Assembly (NCBI GenBank): GCA_050049995.1
Contig: JASFVE010000042.1
Coordinates: 1-16,516, forward strand
DNA length: 16,516 bases
Origin: Chlamydiota bacterium
GTDB lineage: Bacteria > Chlamydiota > Chlamydiia > Chlamydiales > SM23-39
Direction of reading: 5' to 3'
Shown here: one piece after another, positions 1 to 7,631 of the stretch
How the letters are laid out: each line of letters opens with the position of its first letter
Position numbering within the stretch: the first letter of the stretch is position 1
Made by a program: the position numbers and the translations under genes
The notes under the pieces: model-generated
Database searches by the model: none
What the model was told of the DNA's origin: nothing
The model's input: only the letters and a program-made list of their open reading frames with translations

Positions 1-1014
1 AGCATCATAATTATTGGGATAATCCTTACTTTTGGAGCCTTTATTTTAACAAACCAAAAAGAATTAATCCTTCCAATATTGCTAACCTTTTTAGGATTAT
101 CTCATAGAATGGCGACGAGAGTACAATTACTCTTCAGATCAATAGGCACTATCGCAACTCACTATGGAAATATTTTTAGGTTTAATCAAATACTCAAAGA
201 AAAGGACGACTACCAAAATGAAACTGTTGGCCACCCACTGAAAAAATTAGCTTCATCCATTGAATTTCAGAGTGTTGAATTAGTTTATCCTAAAAATAAC
301 TCCTCCGCACTTATTAATTTTTCTTACTCACTGGAAAAAGGAAAAACAATTGCTTTAGTTGGACCTTCTGGAGCAGGCAAGTCAACAATTGTAGATCTCC
401 TTGTGGGCCTTTACTCTCCAACAAAAGGGAGAATTTTTATTGATGGCAATGATTTGTCGTCCATTGACACAAAAAGTTGGAGGAATTTAATCGGAGTAGT
501 CAGTCAAGATATTTTTCTGTTTCACGATACAATCGAAGAAAATATTAAATTCGGATTGCATAATATTAGTCACCAACAAATTGAGACGGCTGCAAAAGAA
601 GCTGGAGCTCATGACTTCATTACCAAGTTACCTCAAGGATATAAAACTATTTTAGGAGAGCGGGGTTACAGACTATCAGGAGGGGAAAAACAACGAATTG
701 CTCTTGCTAGAACGTTAATTAAAGATCCTAAAATTCTTATCTTGGATGAAGCCACTAGTAATTTAGATAGCCACTCCGAAAAACTTATTCAAGAAACAAT
801 TGAAAAAAATCAACATAAAAGAACCATTCTTATTGTTGCTCATAGACTATCCACTATCATTCATTCCGACGATATTTTAGTTATTAAAAATGGCAAACTA
901 GTTGAACAAGGTAGCCATGAAACTCTTATCCAAGAAAATGGATTTTATTCTTATCTTTGGAAACTTCAATCTTCAAAAAATGAAAGTATATTAACAAATA
1001 TAATGCCTAACTAA
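1..1014 (+). CDS. ABC transporter permease/ATP-binding half-transporter (MsbA/PglK/HetA-like), 5'-truncated by the window edge; candidate lipid-linked glycan flippase
   Basis: The frame is open from base 1 (SIIIIGIILTFGAFIL..., hydrophobic TM segments), so the track start at 79 is internal. Walker A GPSGAGKS, Q-loop VSQD, signature LSGGEKQR, Walker B ILILDE, D-loop ATSNLD and H-loop AHR are present. The substrate is inferred from context only. Confidence 0.9.
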   Translation, partial: SIIIIGIILTFGAFILTNQKELILPILLTFLGLSHRMATRVQLLFRSIGTIATHYGNIFRFNQILKEKDDYQNETVGHPLKKLASSIEFQSVELVYPKNNSSALINFSYSLEKGKTIALVGPSGAGKSTIVDLLVGLYSPTKGRIFIDGNDLSSIDTKSWRNLIGVVSQDIFLFHDTIEENIKFGLHNISHQQIETAAKEAGAHDFITKLPQGYKTILGERGYRLSGGEKQRIALARTLIKDPKILILDEATSNLDSHSEKLIQETIEKNQHKRTILIVAHRLSTIIHSDDILVIKNGKLVEQGSHETLIQENGFYSYLWKLQSSKNESILTNIMPN

Positions 1015-1020
1015 CTGTTT

Positions 1021-2124
1021 ATGACTCAACAATTTCATTGCATCATGCCGATGCTCGAAGGAGAGATCGGTCATATTTATCAATATAATCTTTCTATTGA
1101 AGCATCTGTTAGAAAATTAGGTTGGAAATTTATTGGTTATGTTCCTGCAAATGTATCAATTGAAAATCTTCCTTATAATTGGGAAAAAACCTTACCTAAA
1201 GATACTTGGCAACAAAAAAAAAGATTTAATCAGAAAATCCATCTTTTAATCCAAAACATTTTTTCTTATAGAGCAATTTTTAAAAAGGCTTCTAAAAATA
1301 ACTCCATTATTTTCTTGGAGCATTTCTCTCTTATTCATTTATTAGCTATTTTTGCAGCTATATGTTTTTCAAGGAGTAATATATCTCTTTGGTTACTTCA
1401 TAGGTACTTCCCATCAGGAAAAAAAAAATATCTTCTTAGACTCATACATTGGGGCTTTTCTTTTTTTTTAGGGAGGAAAAATGTAAAGCTTTTTACAGAT
1501 AGTGAACTTTTATCTCAAAAGCTTCAGATTATTTTTGATAAGAAAGTTGTAGTTTTACCTATACCTCATGCAAAAATACCTTTAGTCAGCCATAAGCAAT
1601 CTCAAAAGATTAACCTTTGGTGGCCAGGAGGATCCATTCGCCAAGAAAAAGGCATACATGAAATAACAAAAGTAATACATGAACTGCCATATGAAAATTT
1701 TCAACTTATCCTTGCAAAAAAGGCTAAAGAAACACTCTATTGTACATCTGATTCCATAGTTTGGATTCCAACAGAACTTACCAGAAAAGAATATGAAAAA
1801 TGGATGAATACTGCTGATTTTATTCTTCTTCCTTATGACCCTAAGACTTATGCTTTAGGTACTTCTGGCATCTTTGTAGAGGCAATCCTCGCACAAAAAT
1901 TACCTATTGTAAAAGAAGGCTCTTGGCTGGCCCATGAATTAAAAAGATTTAATTTAAATGATCTCATTATTGACTGGGACAAAGGACCTATTTTATCACA
2001 ATTAGAGCCTCTTTTGCATAAAAAGGAAATTCATGAAAAATTAATGAAGATGCACTCAGCATATGCATCATATCATTGTTTAGAAAACATTTCTGGAATA
2101 TTTAAAAGTTTAATAGATCATTAA
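1021..2124 (+). CDS. Putative glycosyltransferase (GT-B fold, GT4-like)
   Basis: N-terminal GH motif (GEIGHIYQY), G-x-x-R-x-E-K-G (GSIRQEKG) and C-terminal 'DFILLPY...TSGIFVEA' resembling the GT4 donor-binding region. Starts 6 nt after the ABC gene. Confidence 0.65.
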   Translation: MTQQFHCIMPMLEGEIGHIYQYNLSIEASVRKLGWKFIGYVPANVSIENLPYNWEKTLPKDTWQQKKRFNQKIHLLIQNIFSYRAIFKKASKNNSIIFLEHFSLIHLLAIFAAICFSRSNISLWLLHRYFPSGKKKYLLRLIHWGFSFFLGRKNVKLFTDSELLSQKLQIIFDKKVVVLPIPHAKIPLVSHKQSQKINLWWPGGSIRQEKGIHEITKVIHELPYENFQLILAKKAKETLYCTSDSIVWIPTELTRKEYEKWMNTADFILLPYDPKTYALGTSGIFVEAILAQKLPIVKEGSWLAHELKRFNLNDLIIDWDKGPILSQLEPLLHKKEIHEKLMKMHSAYASYHCLENISGIFKSLIDH

Positions 2125-3152
2125 AACTTGATAAGAGCTCTTTGTATTTGCCCGTTTTCTAATTTTTCAAAAATTTCATTAATTTCTTCTAATTTAACTA
2201 CGTCAGAAATTAAATTTTTGAGTGAAATTTTTCCATCAAGAATTAGTTGAGAATATTTTGGCACCTCTGTTTCAATCGAAGTTTTTCCTCCCCAAGACCC
2301 AACAATTGTTTTTCCTTTTATTAAATCAAAAGGATCAATGGAAATTTTTTCTTCATTTCTAAGATTTCCAGCTAGTACACATTTACCTTGGTTAGAAATC
2401 ACTTTAAATGCCATTTCCATAGCTGTCTTTTTTCCAGCTGATTCAATTGAAAAATCTGTTCCAATGTTATTGGTGATTTTCATTATTTCTGTATGTGGAC
2501 ATTCTTCCTGTAAATTAACAGCATGGGTAGCACCTAGCTCCAGGGCCTTTTCTAATTTCTCTTTAGATACATCAATAGCTATTATGGGACTGGCATTTCT
2601 TTCTCTTGCAGCTAACAGGCTACTCATACCAATACCGCCCATCCCGAAAATGGCAAGAGATTGATTTTCTTTTATTTTGAGCTGATTATAAACAATCCCA
2701 GCTCCTGTAGGGAAAGCACAGCCTAATAATGCTGCTTGATCTAAAGGAAGTGTTGAAGGGATTTTAACTAAGCGATTTTCAGAAATTATCGCAAACTGCA
2801 TAAAAGTGCTTATCGCACCAGAATTAATTATTTTTCCCTTAGACTCATACTGACAACTTGGAACATCTAAACCAGTTCCTTTAAGCCAAGTCAACACCAC
2901 CTTGTCTTCTGGTTGAACTTTAGTAACTCCTTCTCCTATTTCAACTACTTCCCCTGATCCTTCGTGTCCTAAAGTATGAGGCAAATAAGGATCGTTTCCT
3001 TTATATCCTTTGACCTCATTTAACTGGGAACGACAAATACCACTATATGCAAGCCTCACTAAAACTTGTCCTTTTTGAAGTTTCGGAAGAGTAATTTCTT
3101 CAACTTGTAGTGGAGCATTTAATTGAGTTAAAACTGCTGCTTTAATTTTCAT
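2121..3152 (-). CDS. Zinc-dependent medium-chain dehydrogenase/reductase (ADH-like)
   Basis: GICRSQ, LGHEGSG and LLGCAFPTG supply the catalytic Zn ligands C/H/C. Rossmann motif GMGGIG is followed by AID (NAD-type Asp). The ATG at 3152 (MKIKAAVL) is a more typical start than the TTG at 3161. Confidence 0.9.
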   Translation of the reverse strand: MKIKAAVLTQLNAPLQVEEITLPKLQKGQVLVRLAYSGICRSQLNEVKGYKGNDPYLPHTLGHEGSGEVVEIGEGVTKVQPEDKVVLTWLKGTGLDVPSCQYESKGKIINSGAISTFMQFAIISENRLVKIPSTLPLDQAALLGCAFPTGAGIVYNQLKIKENQSLAIFGMGGIGMSSLLAARERNASPIIAIDVSKEKLEKALELGATHAVNLQEECPHTEIMKITNNIGTDFSIESAGKKTAMEMAFKVISNQGKCVLAGNLRNEEKISIDPFDLIKGKTIVGSWGGKTSIETEVPKYSQLILDGKISLKNLISDVVKLEEINEIFEKLENGQIQRALIKF

Positions 3153-3261
3153 ATATACCAAATTATATTCCGCGTAGGCTAGGTTATTTGTAAAAAAAAG
3201 TACAGCAGTTAAACGGTAAAAAAACTTAAAAAATTTTAAAAGACTTAAGATCTACATAAAC

Positions 3262-3287
3262 TTTTAAAATCAAGATTGATTTTAAAA
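3262..3287. promoter_or_regulatory. Perfect inverted repeat (12-bp arms, 2-nt spacer) in a divergent intergenic region; candidate operator
   Basis: TTTTAAAATCAA-GA-TTGATTTTAAAA, roughly midway between the divergent starts at 3152 (-) and 3365 (+). The repeat is seen directly; the function is inferred. Confidence 0.45.
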
Positions 3288-3364
3288 AGAATGCGTTTTT
3301 ACCTATTTTGTAAAAGAAAAAATTATGATAGTGTTGCCTATCAACTAATTTTTTAAGGAATACA

Positions 3365-5143
3365 ATGAAACTATCGGATTATGTTGTAGATTTTTTAGCA
3401 AAGCAAGGTATTAAGCATAACTTTCTAGTAACTGGTGGCGCTGTTCTCCATTTAGCAGATTCTACTAGTAAACATCTATCTATGAAACATATCTGTGTTC
3501 AACATGAACAGTTTGGAGCAGCAGCGGCAGATGGCTATTCGAGAGCAGGGGATAACCTTGGTCTTGCTATGACAACAAGTGGTCCTGGAGCTACGAATTT
3601 ATTGACAAGCATCTGTAATGCTCACTTTGACTCTATCCCCATGATTTGTGTTACTGGGCAAGTGGCCAGGTTTCGTTTGAGGCCCAACAAAAAATTGAGA
3701 CAACGAGGCTTTCAAGAAACTGATGTTGTATCTACTTTTGAAAGCATTACTAAATATGTAAAGTTAGTTACTGACCCTTCCATGATTCGTTATGAATTAG
3801 AAAAGGCCATTTTTATTGCTAAAGAAGGGCGACCTGGCCCAGTTGTATTAGACATTCCTGATGACTTACAAAGGGAAGAAGTCGATCCTGATAAACTGCA
3901 ACCCTATAAACCTGAACCTACTTTACCAAAAATAAACGGCCTTTTAGTAGAAAAACTTTTTACAATGATAAGCGATGCAAAAAGGCCTGTGCTAATAATT
4001 GGAGCCGGAGTGCATTGTGCTAAAGTAGAAAAAGAGATCATCAAATTTGCTGAGTATTTTAATCTTCCTATTCTTCTTACATGGGGAGCTACTGATTTAA
4101 TTCCTTATGAACATCCATTAAACATGGGAGGAGTAGGGGTTTGCGGGCCTAGAGCAGGAAATTTCGCAGCACAATCTTCTGATCTTGTTATCGCTATTGG
4201 GACCAGACTTTCTCAAATGATAACGGGAGGCAAGCAAAACCTTTTTGCCCCACTTGCTAAAAAAGTCATGATTGATATTGATCCAGAAGAACTAAATAAA
4301 TTCAAAAAAGATACTTTTCTTTTAGATCTTCCAATACTCGCTAACTTAAAAGATTTTTTTATACATTGTGACTTATTATATAAAGCTAGCTGCACCGATC
4401 AATTTTTATCTTGGAGAGAAAAAATTCAAGATTGGAAAAAAAGATACCCTATCTGCTCTCAACAAGATTATGAAAAAAAAGGAAGGCTTAATCCTTATGT
4501 TTTCGTTAAAGAACTTTCAAAAATTTCTCGTGAAAACGACATTATTGTTACAGACACTGGAGCAAATATTTGTTGGATGATGCAAGCATTTGAAACAAAA
4601 ATTGGACAAAAGATTTTTTCAGCATGGAACCATACCCCTATGGGATATTCTCTACCTGCAAGTATTGGTGCTGCATTGTCTACTGGAAAAGAGATTACAT
4701 GTTTGATTGGAGATGGTGGATTAATGATGTGTTTGCAAGAACTGGCAACAGTCAAAAGATATAATTTACCGATTAAAATCTTTATTTTTGAAAACAAAGG
4801 ACATGCCACTGTTAAGCAAACAATTGAAATATGGTTAAAAGCTAACTATGTTGCTGTTGACGAAGATAGTGGTCTTTCATTTCCAGACTACCAAAAGCTG
4901 GCAGAAACATTTCATCTTCCATTTTACTCATTGCAAAACCATGATCAACTCCAAAAAGAACTACCATTGCTTTTCAAAGAAACAGGACCTTTTATCTGCC
5001 ATCTTGCCATTGATGAAAAGCATCGAATCGTTCCCATGCTAAAATTTGGAAAAGGATTAGAAGACTTAGATCCTAAGCTACCAGATGAAGAACTTGAAAG
5101 AATTATGAATGAATATAAAAACCTTACCCCCTCTCTTTTATAA
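3365..5143 (+). CDS. Thiamine diphosphate-dependent enzyme, acetolactate synthase large-subunit-like (YerE-like carboligase candidate)
   Basis: Catalytic Glu in QHEQ, TSGPGATN, GRPGPV-LDIP-D, IGTRL, and ThDP/Mg motif GDGG-x(n)-EN. SD AAGGA at 3355-3359. No ilvH/ilvN/ilvC in the window. Confidence 0.9.
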   Translation: MKLSDYVVDFLAKQGIKHNFLVTGGAVLHLADSTSKHLSMKHICVQHEQFGAAAADGYSRAGDNLGLAMTTSGPGATNLLTSICNAHFDSIPMICVTGQVARFRLRPNKKLRQRGFQETDVVSTFESITKYVKLVTDPSMIRYELEKAIFIAKEGRPGPVVLDIPDDLQREEVDPDKLQPYKPEPTLPKINGLLVEKLFTMISDAKRPVLIIGAGVHCAKVEKEIIKFAEYFNLPILLTWGATDLIPYEHPLNMGGVGVCGPRAGNFAAQSSDLVIAIGTRLSQMITGGKQNLFAPLAKKVMIDIDPEELNKFKKDTFLLDLPILANLKDFFIHCDLLYKASCTDQFLSWREKIQDWKKRYPICSQQDYEKKGRLNPYVFVKELSKISRENDIIVTDTGANICWMMQAFETKIGQKIFSAWNHTPMGYSLPASIGAALSTGKEITCLIGDGGLMMCLQELATVKRYNLPIKIFIFENKGHATVKQTIEIWLKANYVAVDEDSGLSFPDYQKLAETFHLPFYSLQNHDQLQKELPLLFKETGPFICHLAIDEKHRIVPMLKFGKGLEDLDPKLPDEELERIMNEYKNLTPSLL

Positions 5144-5146
5144 AAT

Positions 5147-5953
5147 ATGAAGGCTATAATTATCTCAGCATCTAGTGATATTGGAACAGCTCTAGCAAAA
5201 GATTGGAGTGAAAATGGATGGGAAGTTTTTGGAACATATAGAACCTATTCAAAGGCCGTAGAAAATCTAGAAACTAATTTTAATATGCGATTAGTTCATT
5301 GTGATCTTTTAGATAAAAGTTCTGTTCAAAATGCCTGTGAAAATTTAGTTCATCAGTGTTCTTTTTGGGACGCTTTAATCATCGCGCCAGGGCATTTAGA
5401 ACCTATTGGAGACTTCAAAGATCTCGATTTTAATGAATGGGAAAAAGGTATACAACTAAATCTATTACAACAACTTCGTATTCTTCATCAACTATTGCCT
5501 TACCGAAACTTAGGAACAAATCAAGAACCCTGCGTTTTATTTTTTGCAGGAGGTGGCACGAATAACGCAGTATTGCACTACTCAAGTTATACATTATCTA
5601 AAATAGCATTAATTAAAATGTGCGAGCTTTTAGATGCAGAAATTCCAGATACAAGATTTGTGATTGTTGGGCCAGGACTTGTTAAAACAAAGATCCATGA
5701 ACCCACTTTAAGGCTGGGAGAGCAAACAGCTGGCGATAATTATAAGAGAATTGTAAAAAGGCTTGAAAATGAAGAGTGTACTTCCATGGAAGATGTTATT
5801 AAATGTTGTACTTATTTAATTACAACCCCTTGTAAAAGTATTCGTGGTAGAAATTTTAGCGTAATATCAGACAAATGGAATACAAAAGAATTAGAAAAAG
5901 AGCTTGAGACAGATGCAAATATGTACAAACTGCGAAGATATAAAAATACTTAA
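5147..5953 (+). CDS. Short-chain dehydrogenase/reductase (atypical)
   Basis: Degenerate Rossmann motif ISASSDIG, YTLSK (YxxxK) and PGLVKT. FAGGGT sits at the usual catalytic-Ser strand. Confidence 0.85.
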   Translation: MKAIIISASSDIGTALAKDWSENGWEVFGTYRTYSKAVENLETNFNMRLVHCDLLDKSSVQNACENLVHQCSFWDALIIAPGHLEPIGDFKDLDFNEWEKGIQLNLLQQLRILHQLLPYRNLGTNQEPCVLFFAGGGTNNAVLHYSSYTLSKIALIKMCELLDAEIPDTRFVIVGPGLVKTKIHEPTLRLGEQTAGDNYKRIVKRLENEECTSMEDVIKCCTYLITTPCKSIRGRNFSVISDKWNTKELEKELETDANMYKLRRYKNT

Positions 5954-5964
5954 ATTATTTTAGG

Positions 5965-6816
5965 ATGCATATGAATACATTAAACGAAATATTAAATTCA
6001 TTACCAACCATCAAAGATAACCATAATCGAAGTAGCCATCTGTATAAAGTTTTTGAAAAAGCTGCTCGATTTGAAATTGAAACAATGTTTCGTGAAGCTA
6101 AGCAAATAACAATAGAAGATTTACCTTGTGGAAATATTGTATTTCCATACTTTAAAATGGGAGCTGTTGATTCTCTTGACCTTTTTGGGCTAGATGAACT
6201 AATTCTTTTTTCATTTTATTGGGCTAATAGAAATAGATATAAAAAAGTATTAGACATAGGAGCTAATATTGGCCTTCATACCTTAATTTTAGCGAAACTA
6301 GGCTATGAAGTTCAGTCTTTTGAGCCTGACCCCATTCACTTTAAAAAATTAGAAGAAATTTTAGAAATGAATAAAATTTCTGATGTCGAACTGTATCAAG
6401 CTGCTGTTTCAAGTCAATCAGGTAAAGAAGAGTTTATTCGAGTATTAGGAAACACTACTTCAAGTCATATTTCAGGTAGTAAAACCCCTTATGGTAAAAT
6501 TGAAAAATTTGAAGTCCCTACATATGCTATTCAAAGTTTAATCAGCGAAGTAGATCTTATAAAAATGGATGTTGAAGGGCATGAAGCAGATATTATTACA
6601 GCAACAAATGAAACTGATTGGAATACAACTGATGCCGTTTTAGAGGTGGGATCTACTGATAAGGCACAAACAATCTTCGGCCATTTGCAAAAAATTGGGT
6701 TAAATGCATTTGCTCAAAAACTGGATTGGAAAAAAGTTGAGTCCAGTACCCAAATGCCCCAATCATACAAGGAAGGTTCATTATTTATTTCTAAAAAATC
6801 AAAAATGCCTTGGTAG
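5965..6816 (+). CDS. FkbM-family SAM-dependent methyltransferase
   Basis: LDIGANIG, SFEPDP and IKMDVEGHE motifs. The true start may be the ATG at 5971, which has AGGA 5 nt upstream. Confidence 0.88.
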   Translation: MHMNTLNEILNSLPTIKDNHNRSSHLYKVFEKAARFEIETMFREAKQITIEDLPCGNIVFPYFKMGAVDSLDLFGLDELILFSFYWANRNRYKKVLDIGANIGLHTLILAKLGYEVQSFEPDPIHFKKLEEILEMNKISDVELYQAAVSSQSGKEEFIRVLGNTTSSHISGSKTPYGKIEKFEVPTYAIQSLISEVDLIKMDVEGHEADIITATNETDWNTTDAVLEVGSTDKAQTIFGHLQKIGLNAFAQKLDWKKVESSTQMPQSYKEGSLFISKKSKMPW

Positions 6817-6916
6817 GTTTTTCATAAAAAACTATTAAGAAATATTAATACAAAAATTTATACTATTTTTGGGGATAAAGAAATTTAGTAGCAAAATTTT
6901 TCATGTCCTTGATTAA

Positions 6917-6950
6917 TTTACTAAAGATGCTTTAGTAAAGCATCTTTAGT
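6917..6950. repeat. Nested palindrome between convergent genes; possible terminator or protein-binding site
   Basis: ACTAAAGATGCTTTA-G-TAAAGCATCTTTAGT (6920-6950, 15-bp perfect arms) overlaps TTTACTAAAG-ATG-CTTTAGTAAA (6917-6939, 10-bp arms). Confidence 0.8.
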
Positions 6951-6967
6951 TCACTTTCATTTTTATT

Positions 6968-7627
6968 TTAAGGAATAAACCAATAATAATCACCGGTATA
7001 GCCGCAATTTTTGAAAAGAGTCTTCCACTCCTCGACATGTAAAATAGTCTTAGCAGTAAGATTCCAATGAAACATTAACTCTTTTTCTTCCATATCACGA
7101 TAAGCATCAATCGTTATATAACTATGGTTTTTACTAACCCTTTCTATTTCTTTAAGAGCAATCATTAAATCATTTTGAGCAAGGTTATGAACCGTGTTAA
7201 TTGAAATTACCAGATCAAATGAATTATCTTCGAAAGGTAGCTCCATTGCATCAGCTACCTGAAGATAAGGCTTTACTTCTTCTTTAGCATTGTTGATAGC
7301 GTATTCAGAAACATCAATTCCAGATACTTGTACCCCTGGAATAATTTGCATGAAATCATACAGCATGAAGCCTTTTCCGCAGCCAACATCCAAAATTTTT
7401 GATTCAGAAGATAAATTATAATACTTTTGAAAAGTAGGCACTACAGGCTGCCAAAATCTTGCGTTATAATGATATCCTCCATATCCATGCCTTCTATCAC
7501 CATCAAAAAAATCTTTCCCAAACTGACGAGCAATTAATCTGTCTTCTTCTGTTTTTGTGGCTCCTCTTTCTTTTACATTTCTTTTTGTTTTAGGGTAGTT
7601 AATTAAAAGATCTATTTCATTACCCAT
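6968..7627 (-). CDS. Class I SAM-dependent methyltransferase
   Basis: ILDVGCGKG motif I, GIDVSEYA and LPFEDNSFDLV. Last gene of the minus-strand operon. Confidence 0.9.
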   Translation of the reverse strand: MGNEIDLLINYPKTKRNVKERGATKTEEDRLIARQFGKDFFDGDRRHGYGGYHYNARFWQPVVPTFQKYYNLSSESKILDVGCGKGFMLYDFMQIIPGVQVSGIDVSEYAINNAKEEVKPYLQVADAMELPFEDNSFDLVISINTVHNLAQNDLMIALKEIERVSKNHSYITIDAYRDMEEKELMFHWNLTAKTILHVEEWKTLFKNCGYTGDYYWFIP

Positions 7628-7631
7628 TTTA

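Noticed and set aside
2338..2664. 108-aa + strand ORF
   Set aside because: Antisense shadow inside the MDR gene, with no recognisable motif.
3162..3364. TPP riboswitch upstream of the ThDP enzyme
   Set aside because: There is no CUGAGA core or GC-containing helices, and the region is very AT-rich.
4213..5042. Four short ORFs (4213-4395, 4368-4580, 4495-4809, 4848-5042)
   Set aside because: All are nested in the well-supported ThDP enzyme gene and have no motifs.
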